The position numbers and the translations under genes are program-made. Below are positions 27,838 to 37,118 of a stretch of 64,000 bases of DNA, piece by piece. The notes under the pieces were generated by a model. It saw nothing but the letters and a program-made list of their open reading frames with translations, did no database searches and was not told the origin of the DNA. The stretch comes from Promethearchaeia archaeon (GTDB taxonomy: Archaea; Asgardarchaeota; Lokiarchaeia; Sigyniarchaeales; SOKP01): NCBI GenBank assembly GCA_029856125.1, contig JAHQWJ010000014.1:1-64000 (forward strand). Reading direction: 5' to 3'. The number at the start of each line of letters is the position of its first letter. Position 1 is the stretch's first letter.

Positions 27838-29559
27838 TTATTTCCCGGTAAAAATCTTTTCTTTAGGGGCGTATACGTCTTGAACCGCGTAATTATTAAA
27901 GTTTATACTGTAATGGTCGCGCCAGCGTGCTTTTACTTCTTGCATCATTTCCTCGTGAACATGGTCTTTAACTTGGCCCTCTGCTCGGAGTAAGGTTCCC
28001 ATAGTTGTGGCTATTATTTTACCGTCTTTCACCACGATCTTGCCGTCTTTTATGGTGTAAGCAGCACTTGAAAACGCTTTCTCGATTGCCTTCCCATCCA
28101 TCGTCTTTGGATCTAACTTATAGACCGCTACGTCGCCTAACGCTCCGACACCAAGATGGCCTCTATCTTTCAATCCTAAGGTCTTGGCGTTTCCTGCTCT
28201 TGTTACAACGCATAATTCGCTTAACGTATATTCTCTGTCTATGTCTGGAAGCGATGTTGCCGTACTGGCTTTCTTGGAAACAACATTTTCTAACATATCT
28301 TTTCGAGATTTTCTATCCATTAACCATTTGAATACAATAGGATAGGTAGTGAAAGGCGCTCCATTTGGATGGTCTGTTGTGTGGCTAAGCTGCCAAGGAT
28401 TCTTAATCAAGAGCATTAATTCAAGAGCAATTGCCCACTGGATAGCGTTAACGCCAATCTTTGGTGAGAAAAAGTATGGTACTACACCAGATCCAGATTC
28501 TGCCTCTACTTGACCGTTAACCCATTTAATTCCTGGTTTAGAACCCCACGCAGACATACCTCCTAAATGGTGGAGAGCGAACTCCCACGGACCGTCTCCT
28601 GTCATTGTTGTGGTTGCGTATTTCGTGAAAACAACTTGCCCACTATCTAAAGTCATGTGTTTGTGTGAGTTAACATAATCAGCGATCTCTGCTGCTCCTG
28701 AATTCATATCTCCCCAGTTGGTACCCGCATATGCGTTGAATTGGCAGTGGGTAACATGAAATGAACTATCCCTGTCGCCTGCTGGTTTAATTTTTTCGCA
28801 AATTTTGAATGTTTCAATTGAGTGCTTATAATTTCCCGGATGTCCTAAGTTGTTACAATGAACGTGAATGGAATGTGGTAAATTTAATAGTTCATTAGCT
28901 TTCGCTAAATTTTCGACAATTTGTCTGGGAGTGACATCCCAATATAAAACGGGCGTGTCTACATTGTCGCAATTTTTACCCCAAGCCCAGTTTTCTACGC
29001 CTCCAGGATTAACGATTTTAATTGCATACCCTTTGGTAGCTTTTAAAATCCAATTTACATACGCTGCTAGCTTTTCAATCTCGTTGTTTCTTATAAAGTT
29101 CAAAACATACCAATTATTTCCAAAAATTGGCATGGCGAGCTTATCGATAATCGGGATTTCTAAAAACTCTTCGTGGGTATGTCTAGCTTCCAGCATAGGC
29201 ATTGCAGGCTCACACACGGTTGTATATCCCATTTTAGCATATCTATAACCAGTAGACCATGTACTAGGAACGCTAAATCCGGTTCCAGAACGTCTTACCT
29301 TGGATTTCTTATCGTTATATTCTGGGGGCTTATCATCGGGTCTAAGCGATCGTCCCGTGTTTACCTTCGCTCCAGCGATGTGAGAATGAATATCTACGCC
29401 TCCAGGCATAATTATCATGCCTGCAGCATTGATAACTTTGGCATCCCCGTTTACCTTATCAACGATAACGCCGTCTTTAATAAAGATATCTTTCTTCTCA
29501 CCGTCGAGCTTGTTTAAAGGGTCGTAAACTAAGCCGTTTTTGATTATTAAATCACTCAT
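27838..29559 (-). CDS. fwdA: Formylmethanofuran dehydrogenase subunit A
   Basis: GGVDIHSHIAG, KIVNPGG, LPHSIHVHCNNLGHPGN, TTDHPNG. Confidence 0.95.
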   Translation of the reverse strand: MSDLIIKNGLVYDPLNKLDGEKKDIFIKDGVIVDKVNGDAKVINAAGMIIMPGGVDIHSHIAGAKVNTGRSLRPDDKPPEYNDKKSKVRRSGTGFSVPSTWSTGYRYAKMGYTTVCEPAMPMLEARHTHEEFLEIPIIDKLAMPIFGNNWYVLNFIRNNEIEKLAAYVNWILKATKGYAIKIVNPGGVENWAWGKNCDNVDTPVLYWDVTPRQIVENLAKANELLNLPHSIHVHCNNLGHPGNYKHSIETFKICEKIKPAGDRDSSFHVTHCQFNAYAGTNWGDMNSGAAEIADYVNSHKHMTLDSGQVVFTKYATTTMTGDGPWEFALHHLGGMSAWGSKPGIKWVNGQVEAESGSGVVPYFFSPKIGVNAIQWAIALELMLLIKNPWQLSHTTDHPNGAPFTTYPIVFKWLMDRKSRKDMLENVVSKKASTATSLPDIDREYTLSELCVVTRAGNAKTLGLKDRGHLGVGALGDVAVYKLDPKTMDGKAIEKAFSSAAYTIKDGKIVVKDGKIIATTMGTLLRAEGQVKDHVHEEMMQEVKARWRDHYSINFNNYAVQDVYAPKEKIFTGK

Positions 29560-29772
29560 CGTAAGTATCCTTTCAAATTTATTTTGTTCTCAAAATCTAT
29601 TATTATTAAAAAACTCCTATTTTAATAAACTCTTTCTATATTTTAAATTCATTTTTTATGAAATGTAAGTTAAAAATCGTAATTTAAAATTATGAATAAA
29701 AATCACAGACAAAAATCTTTTAATAATATCTTCCTATTACTTTTACATAGGTTTAAGAAAGGAGTGGTTAAA

Positions 29773-30393
29773 TTGTTGAAATATAAAATCATAATTGCTG
29801 GAGCGAAAGACGTTGGTAAATCTTCCTTGATAGCTCGTTTTTGCGACAATGTATTCAAAGAGGATATGAAAGCAACAATTGGAGTCGACTTTAAAAGAAA
29901 AAATATGACAATAAAAGGGGCTCATAATGATATTTCCTTAGAGTTACACATATGGGATTTTGCGGGAGAAGAAAAGTATCGCACATTATTTCCTGCGTAT
30001 GCTCACGGTGCATCAGCAGCGTTCATTCTGTTTGACACTACTAGGAAAGAAACTCTAAAAGATATCGATAACTGGGTCGAAATTATTGATAAGAACGCGA
30101 ATTCTAATATAGTAAAGCAAGTAGTAGCAACTAAGATCGATTTAAAAAGTGACAGAGAAGTTTCTAAAGACGATGCTGCAGAATATTTTAAAAAATATGA
30201 CTGGTGTACAGAGATCACCAGTACTTCCTCGAAGACTGGAGAAAATGTTGAAGATTCGTTTGTTCTAGTTGTTAAAAAGATAATAAAGAACAATCTACAA
30301 ACATGTAAATCATGTGATGAAATCTTTAATAAAAAATTGAAGAACTGTCAATATTGTGGAGAAAAAGTGGAAGTTAGGCTCAGTCCTCTCTAA
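29773..30393 (+). CDS. Rab-like small GTPase with C-terminal zinc ribbon
   Basis: GAKDVGKS, ATIGVDF, WDFAGEE, ATKIDL, TSSKTG; CKSC...CQYCG; start placed at TTG after an AAGGAG RBS (ORF extends to 29692). Confidence 0.88.
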   Translation: MLKYKIIIAGAKDVGKSSLIARFCDNVFKEDMKATIGVDFKRKNMTIKGAHNDISLELHIWDFAGEEKYRTLFPAYAHGASAAFILFDTTRKETLKDIDNWVEIIDKNANSNIVKQVVATKIDLKSDREVSKDDAAEYFKKYDWCTEITSTSSKTGENVEDSFVLVVKKIIKNNLQTCKSCDEIFNKKLKNCQYCGEKVEVRLSPL

Positions 30394-30399
30394 AAAATA

Positions 30400-31227
30400 T
30401 TATAGATCTTCTTTTTCTCTATTGTAAAGTGAGGGTGGAGGTCTTGCTTTACCAAGAGATTTACTCTTAATTCGATTAACAAATGTATGTAATGCATTTT
30501 TTGCATTTTCTATAGATGTTTTAATCTCTTGAGCTACTAAATCGGCTCCGATTACTGAATGTCCATGGCTAGGATAAAAGGTGTTTATTTTTAAAGTGTC
30601 TAATAATTCCAAGGAATCGATGTACTCAGAAATCGAGCCTGATTCGTAAATATTTGATAAGGTTCCTTTAAATAACATATCGCCAGAAAAAAGATAATTT
30701 TTATAAGGCTCATAAAGACAGATACACCCTGAAGTATGTCCCGGTGTTTCGATCACCTTCAACATTGTGTTTCCTAAATCGATAATGTTTCTATCTTCCA
30801 ACCACAAATTAATTTTCATATCGGTTAAATCGATGCCCCATTTTTTCCCTTTCGTTATTAATTCATCACTGTGTTGTATTTTAACCGCAGCCCATCGATG
30901 TGCAGCAATGGGACAATGAAAATAGGCATTAGCGCTTATGTGATCGAAATGTTCGTGTGTATTGATAACTAATCCTATGTCTTCTACTTTTAAACCAATT
31001 TCAGTAGTGAGCAAATAGTTAAAGCTATTGAATTTAGTAATAATACCTGTATCTATTAAAACGTTTAGATCATCGCCAATGATCAGAAAAATATGACATC
31101 CTGCGGTTCTCGAGTAAAACTGGTATACATTCGGTCTTAAAAGGTTCAGTCTGTATCCTTCAAGTTCGCCGTACATATCGTCTTCTTTTATCAATCGAGG
31201 TTCAAATTCCTTTGACTCTTGTGGCAC
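30400..31227 (-). CDS. MBL-fold metallo-hydrolase
   Basis: THEHFDH, TPGHT, SGD, PSHG. Confidence 0.9.
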   Translation of the reverse strand: MPQESKEFEPRLIKEDDMYGELEGYRLNLLRPNVYQFYSRTAGCHIFLIIGDDLNVLIDTGIITKFNSFNYLLTTEIGLKVEDIGLVINTHEHFDHISANAYFHCPIAAHRWAAVKIQHSDELITKGKKWGIDLTDMKINLWLEDRNIIDLGNTMLKVIETPGHTSGCICLYEPYKNYLFSGDMLFKGTLSNIYESGSISEYIDSLELLDTLKINTFYPSHGHSVIGADLVAQEIKTSIENAKNALHTFVNRIKSKSLGKARPPPSLYNREKEDL

Positions 31228-31534
31228 AATATTTCACTAGAAATCTATTTTTAGATATTTGCTAAATTAATTGAATAACTTATGACTTAAAAATAAACCA
31301 CACAATTCAAAAGATTATTGAGATGTAAAAATTATTCATCAATAAATCTTAGATTGGAAGTTTTGAGGCATTATGGCTTTAGAGTTAAATTCAAAAAAGT
31401 TTTTTGATGACAATTTTGACAATTCTTCCCTTAAAAAAATATCTAAATCTATATAAGGATAAAAGAGCATTATAACCATAATTAAATTTCATTTTAATTA
31501 AAAAAAAAAACAAAAAAAATTAAGTGATTAAATT

Positions 31535-32080
31535 TTGGGAGTAGCTAGAGTTTTACTAATAGTAATAGGTGCGGTTCTTTCTATCCTAGGAACTTATGTG
31601 TTTGGTCTTTTTTCCGCTATTGGATATCCAGCATCCGGTATTGGATTCTTTATGAATACAATTGTAGGGGGAAATGCTCTATTTATATTTCTTTTTGGGT
31701 CGGCTCCTTCGTTTATTTCAGATCCTGCTTTATATGCTGGTTTTGCCGGTATAGAGGTTTGGTTATTTTGGATCCTCCTGATTGTATTTTTAATCTTTTG
31801 TATTGCCGGGATTCTCCAATTAGTCGGATTGAAATCTAGAATTGTTGGTGTGATCTTCTCACTCTTTCCAATAGGAGTTGGAGTAATGTTCCTATTACTA
31901 TTTTACACTGATATCTTAGGCGTAATAAGCGGATCGTTTGGACTCTTTTTTGTAGGCGAATCAATTGGAGGTTTTCTACCAATTATCGTAGATATTGGAG
32001 ATGGAATAGGATTAGGAGCCTTCTTTCTACTTGGTGGAGGCACTTTAGGATTAGTCGGTAGTATTCTACCTCGAGAATAA
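31535..32080 (+). CDS. Hypothetical membrane protein
   Basis: Gly-rich hydrophobic ORF with several TM segments; poly-T after the stop. Confidence 0.65.
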   Translation: MGVARVLLIVIGAVLSILGTYVFGLFSAIGYPASGIGFFMNTIVGGNALFIFLFGSAPSFISDPALYAGFAGIEVWLFWILLIVFLIFCIAGILQLVGLKSRIVGVIFSLFPIGVGVMFLLLFYTDILGVISGSFGLFFVGESIGGFLPIIVDIGDGIGLGAFFLLGGGTLGLVGSILPRE

Positions 32081-32107
32081 GAAATAATAACATTTCTTTT
32101 TTTTTTA

Positions 32108-32776
32108 TTAACTTTTGTTTAAGATGGACTCTAATATTTTAATATCTTCACGTTTGTTAATATTTTTAAATGACAAAAGGTTAGGATCTAATTTTTTAAT
32201 GTCTTGTTCAATTGAGATGTAGTTAATTTTCCAATTTGGGGCAATAATCCTCGTCAATTTATAATGCTTTTTTTTTAAATTTCTTAACGAGGTTTCATAC
32301 GCTTTTCCAATAGGATAGATTGCGAACAAAGGTTCTAAAAACTTGTTTTTCCATTTTGGGATACAGCAATCAAATCCATCGCAATGATTTATAATATTCT
32401 CAATAACTTCGGATTTAACTAGAGGATTATCGCAAGAAAGCACAAAAACTTTTTTATAGCCTAATTTCTGGAGTTCTTTAAATGTAGTATAAAGTCCGAT
32501 TAGTGGTGAGCTTATTTTTTGACTTATACTAATCTCGTAATCATCTACTATAAATGCTGATATGTCCGTGTAGTCAATTTCATTTAGATAATTTTGAACT
32601 TGTTGTTGTGAATTAGCTATGAGGAAAATATCACGCTTAAAGCGAGATACCGTTTCTAATAGGTAAGAAATAAAAGATTTTCCTCGATAGATAAAGAGTC
32701 CTTTATCCGAACCGAAACGTATACTCTTACCACCGATAAGTATAGCAAAAGCAAGATATTTATTTGTATCGTTAAT
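32108..32776 (-). CDS. mobA: Molybdenum cofactor guanylyltransferase (apparent ATT start)
   Basis: Frame open upstream of the track ORF up to the stop at 32780-82; gives ILIGGKSIRFGSDKG, PLIGL, LSCDNP, EPLFAIY, FKNIN. Confidence 0.85.
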   Translation of the reverse strand: MNDTNKYLAFAILIGGKSIRFGSDKGLFIYRGKSFISYLLETVSRFKRDIFLIANSQQQVQNYLNEIDYTDISAFIVDDYEISISQKISSPLIGLYTTFKELQKLGYKKVFVLSCDNPLVKSEVIENIINHCDGFDCCIPKWKNKFLEPLFAIYPIGKAYETSLRNLKKKHYKLTRIIAPNWKINYISIEQDIKKLDPNLLSFKNINKREDIKILESILNKS

Positions 32777-32901
32777 TTCTTACCAACTTTCTTAAAAATT
32801 CACTAATAATCTATTAAATCAAGTAATAAAAATAATAAATCATTTAAATTAATAGCAGATGAACTAGATTTTTAATTCTGATTATACCATATAGGAATAA
32901 A

Positions 32902-34425
32902 ATGGCTCTTAATTGTAAAAAAAATCTTAAAATAGACAAGCCTATTGAACAATGTGCCGTATTTGGTGTTGCAAGCAAAGATAAAACTTTTACAATCTCA
33001 AGGCAGCTTTACCTTGGGCTTATTTCTCAACAACACCGCGGTCAAGAGTCCACTGGAATATCTATCCTGAAAACCGGTGGTTCAATTGTTACTTATAAAA
33101 ATAAAGGCTTAGTTTCTCAAGTATTAAATGATAAAGCTCTCTCTAAGTTGTGGGGAAATGTAGGGATTGCTCATAACCGCTACGCTACAACTGGAGCTCA
33201 AGAATACGATTCATTAGAGTATATTCAACCTTACCATTTTAAAAACGATGAAATCGAATTTTCATTAGCGTTCAACGGAACAATTCCAAACTACCATGAA
33301 TTGAAACAAGAGTTAGAGGCTCACGGTCGAATTTTCATAACTAACACTGATACAGAAGTTATCGCTCAATTAATAGCTTATACTGCAAATAAAACTGATA
33401 GCTGGCCCGAGATATTGAAAGAAATGAGTAAGTCTTTAGATGGGTCCTATTCACTCCTAATATTGACGAGTGAAAGCGATATTTATGCTATTAGAGATCC
33501 TTTAGGTTTTAAGCCTTTATGCATTGGAGAAATGATAACTAAAGAAAGAAAACATTACATAGTCTCCTCTGAATCCTGCGGCATTGATGTTGTCGGCGGT
33601 AATTTACTTAGGGATGTAAGGCCAGGAGAGATAATTCATTTAAGTAGTGAGAAGGGAATTCATTCAGAAATGGTTATAGAAAGCGAGAGAACTGCCCTTT
33701 GTCAGTTTGAATTCGTATATTTCGCTCGTCCTGATTCAATTATAGATGGAGTCTCTGTTGCTCAAACTAGGCTACAGTTAGGGATTAACCTTGCCAAAAA
33801 CGATCCAATTCTGGCTGATCCTCATTTTAGAGAAAATGCTATTGTGGTTCCAGTACCCGATTCTGGACGAAGTGTCGCCGTAGGTTACGCACAGGAAGCA
33901 AAATTACCTTACATGGAAGGGCTCATGAAAAATCGCTATGTGTGGCGCACGTTTATAATGCCTGGACAAAAAAAAAGAGAAGCGGCAGTTAAAGAGAAAT
34001 TAAACCCTATAAAAATTTTTGTTGAAGGGAAGAACGTAATTCTTTTGGACGACTCGATTGTAAGAGGTACTACAACAAAAAAGATTATATCCTTAATTAG
34101 AGAAGCTGGTGCCTTATCAGTAAATGTAAGGATAAGTTGTCCTCCTGTAATAAGACCGTGTTATATGGGTATCGATTTTCCTACAACCTCTGAGTTAATA
34201 GCTGGTCGTTTTAAAGAATTATACGGAAATGAAGCATATATCGATGAAATTAGGAAAAAAATCGGAGCAGATTCTCTGAGATATCAAACTATCGAGGATC
34301 TAATGAACGCAATAGGAAAAGGAAAAGACCAGCTATGTATGGCTTGCCTTACCGGAATTTATCCATTAAAATCTGTAAACAGGATTATAGAATTCGAAAA
34401 GGCTATATCGTCTAATAGAAACTAA
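32902..34425 (+). CDS. purF: Amidophosphoribosyltransferase (canonical, with propeptide and catalytic Cys)
   Basis: EQ-CAVFG, QHRGQE, HNRYATTG, VPVPDSG, DDSIVRGTT, CYMGID, CMAC. Confidence 0.95.
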   Translation: MALNCKKNLKIDKPIEQCAVFGVASKDKTFTISRQLYLGLISQQHRGQESTGISILKTGGSIVTYKNKGLVSQVLNDKALSKLWGNVGIAHNRYATTGAQEYDSLEYIQPYHFKNDEIEFSLAFNGTIPNYHELKQELEAHGRIFITNTDTEVIAQLIAYTANKTDSWPEILKEMSKSLDGSYSLLILTSESDIYAIRDPLGFKPLCIGEMITKERKHYIVSSESCGIDVVGGNLLRDVRPGEIIHLSSEKGIHSEMVIESERTALCQFEFVYFARPDSIIDGVSVAQTRLQLGINLAKNDPILADPHFRENAIVVPVPDSGRSVAVGYAQEAKLPYMEGLMKNRYVWRTFIMPGQKKREAAVKEKLNPIKIFVEGKNVILLDDSIVRGTTTKKIISLIREAGALSVNVRISCPPVIRPCYMGIDFPTTSELIAGRFKELYGNEAYIDEIRKKIGADSLRYQTIEDLMNAIGKGKDQLCMACLTGIYPLKSVNRIIEFEKAISSNRN

Positions 34426-34444
34426 CTAATCTACCTAAAAAATG

Positions 34445-35842
34445 CTACTCTACTCCATCCCAACAATATGTGCATAGTTTTTCCTTTGGCAACCCAATAG
34501 CTTTAACTAAGTTTTCTAACTTCTGATATTTTAACGTCGTTAAATGCAACTTTTCGCGAATAACATTGACCATTGCCTTATAATTATCAGACTCTGGATT
34601 TGTATATTCTACTGGGTTCTCTAAATCTCTGCCGATTAAATCTTTAATGGCCCATCTTCCTGCTAAATCTAGCTCAGAACGAGATCGAGAGAAGTTTAAA
34701 AACTTACATCCGTAAACAAGTGGAGGACAAGCAGTTCTCATGTGTACTTCTTTTGCTCCTGATTCAAACAACCTTTCAACTTGTCTTCTCAATTGAGTAC
34801 CTCTCACGATCGAGTCTTCGCAAAAGAGAAGACGTTTATCCGCGATAAGCTCTTTAATTGGTATAAGTTTCATCTTTGCGACTGTATCTCTAATGGATTG
34901 TTCTTGAGGCATGAAACTTCGGGGCCATGTTGGCGTATATTTTACAAAGGGTCGAGCATAGGGAATTTGTGCTTCGTTAGCGTAACCTAATCCATGAGCT
35001 GTACCCGAATCTGGGATCCCTGCTACGAGATCAATCTCCAGATCATCTTCTCTTCGTAGATAAGCACCACATTTATACCGAACAGATTCAACATTTATAC
35101 CCTCATAACTAGAAGCAGGATATCCATAATAGACCCATAAGAAAGAACATATTTGCAATTTATTACTTGGTGCAACCTTTTGTTCGAAACCCTTTTCACC
35201 TAGAAAAACGATCTCTCCAGGTCCTAGATATTTTGTTATTTCAAAACCAAGATTAGGGAATGCACAAGTTTCCATTGCAACAGCATAAGAACCGGGCTTT
35301 TCAGCTATAACGAGAGGTGTTCTACCTAGTGAATCGCGCGCAGCGAATATCCCTTTATCAGTTAAGATAAGAAGGGTACACGAACCATCGATCAAACTTT
35401 GAACCTTTTGAATACCTTCTTCAAATGTCGCTGCTTGGCTAATTATTGTTGCTACCATTTCCGTAGGGTTGATTTCTCCTCCATGCATTTCTGAGAAATG
35501 AGTTCCATTTTGTAACGCTTCGCTTGCGAGTTCTTCTAGGTTATTAATTTTACCTACTGTTGAAATGGCAAAAACACCTAGTCGTGAATTTATTATTAAG
35601 GGTTGATCTTCGTAATCGCTTATTACTCCTATCCCTTTATTTCCATGCATTTTTTTGATATCTTTATCGAATTTAGATCTAAATTGGCTCTTCGTTATAT
35701 CCTTGATGAACCTTTGAAAGCCACCAGAGTTTTTTACAGCCAAACCACCTCTCTTAGTTCCTAAATGCGAATGATAATCAGTACCATAAAAAAGGTCTTC
35801 TACACAGTCCGTATTCGAGAAAACGCCAAATAATCCTCCCAT
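34445..35842 (-). CDS. PurF homologue lacking the N-terminal catalytic Cys
   Basis: Starts MGGLFG; GIPDSG, EDSIVRGTQ, CTYCW retained. Confidence 0.85.
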   Translation of the reverse strand: MGGLFGVFSNTDCVEDLFYGTDYHSHLGTKRGGLAVKNSGGFQRFIKDITKSQFRSKFDKDIKKMHGNKGIGVISDYEDQPLIINSRLGVFAISTVGKINNLEELASEALQNGTHFSEMHGGEINPTEMVATIISQAATFEEGIQKVQSLIDGSCTLLILTDKGIFAARDSLGRTPLVIAEKPGSYAVAMETCAFPNLGFEITKYLGPGEIVFLGEKGFEQKVAPSNKLQICSFLWVYYGYPASSYEGINVESVRYKCGAYLRREDDLEIDLVAGIPDSGTAHGLGYANEAQIPYARPFVKYTPTWPRSFMPQEQSIRDTVAKMKLIPIKELIADKRLLFCEDSIVRGTQLRRQVERLFESGAKEVHMRTACPPLVYGCKFLNFSRSRSELDLAGRWAIKDLIGRDLENPVEYTNPESDNYKAMVNVIREKLHLTTLKYQKLENLVKAIGLPKEKLCTYCWDGVE

Positions 35843-35965
35843 CTTTTAAATCACATCCACTAAGTATTGTATTTTATTAGAATTATTAAAATGAATTATT
35901 AATATGATAAGATTTGACAGTATAGTATTTTTTTAAGATTATACATAAAAAAAAATTGAATAACA

Positions 35966-37048
35966 CTAAATCGCTCCAGGTATCATCTCTCTTTCAAATC
36001 GAACCATTGTAAGTGCTTTTTCCGGACAAGTGACTGCACATAATCCACATCCTATGCATTTATCTGGATTTATTTCGGCTTTATCGTTTATAGTGATTGC
36101 TTCAAATTTACAGCGCTCTAGACATGTCCCACAAGCAACACATAATTCTTCGTCGACTTTTGAGATAAAATTAGCTCGTGCTATAGCTCTGGGATTATCT
36201 AGCCTTGTTAATCCTTTTAACATACCACAGCAACATTCACAACATGCGCAAAGGATAGCTGTATTTTCTGCTCTATTATCCGTACAGTGAACTAATCCGA
36301 TTTCAGCAGCTTCTCTGGTTAAATTTTTAATTTCTTCCTTCGAAGCCTCTCGAATTATAGGATCATCCATTGCTAAAACCGCTTTAGCAATAGGCCCTAT
36401 AAGTATACAGTTATGAATAGGATATTTATCTGTACATTCTCTTATGCCTTCTAATCCTGCCCTCATCCTACAAGGACAAGGAATTACAGCAAAATCATCC
36501 CACTTGTCGATTACGCTATAAACTTCCTCAATAGGTAAAATTTCTCTTTCAGGTTCGATTTCCTCACTAACAGTCAGTACCCGCATTCTCGGAGTTCCCT
36601 TTCTACTGTTTTGCCAAGTTTTATAATAACCCTCTTTCTCATAGAAGTGATGACTAAGCTCTGCAAATTTTATAGCTTCTTCCTTATGGTCTTCGTAATT
36701 CTTTTTCAAGATAAAAGGCATATCATAGATGAATAATGGCATTGGTTGTGCATACTGTTTACCAATATTTATAACAAATCCTCTTTTTGCTGGTTCTTCT
36801 AACATTTCTGCTAGTTTGCTTTTATTAATGTTTACTTTTTTAGATAGTCTGACTATTGACATAGTTCCAGGAAAAACAGGTAGTTCTTTGACTATTTCAG
36901 CTATTTTAGGATTGTACATTAAGCTTAAGTATTCCAAATATGTTCCTGTTGGTTCTCCATTTTCGTCTTTAGGATAAGATTGAGAGGATCGTTCTAATTT
37001 TTTTGCAATTTTAATAAGATCTTCTTTATATTCTTCTGATGCTATCAT
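35966..37048 (-). CDS. 4Fe-4S binding protein
   Basis: CPCR, CACCECCC, CVACGTCLERC, CIGCGLCAVTCP. Confidence 0.85.
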   Translation of the reverse strand: MIASEEYKEDLIKIAKKLERSSQSYPKDENGEPTGTYLEYLSLMYNPKIAEIVKELPVFPGTMSIVRLSKKVNINKSKLAEMLEEPAKRGFVINIGKQYAQPMPLFIYDMPFILKKNYEDHKEEAIKFAELSHHFYEKEGYYKTWQNSRKGTPRMRVLTVSEEIEPEREILPIEEVYSVIDKWDDFAVIPCPCRMRAGLEGIRECTDKYPIHNCILIGPIAKAVLAMDDPIIREASKEEIKNLTREAAEIGLVHCTDNRAENTAILCACCECCCGMLKGLTRLDNPRAIARANFISKVDEELCVACGTCLERCKFEAITINDKAEINPDKCIGCGLCAVTCPEKALTMVRFEREMIPGAI

Positions 37049-37118
37049 TTAAATTCATTTTAAAAGCTGGTTTTATAGTTAATAGTAATTTAAGATAACA
37101 GATAAAATTAATTAAAGT

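Noticed and set aside
32108-32443. mobA as a truncated pseudogene
   Set aside because: The frame is intact upstream and encodes the whole N-terminal domain; only a canonical start codon is missing.
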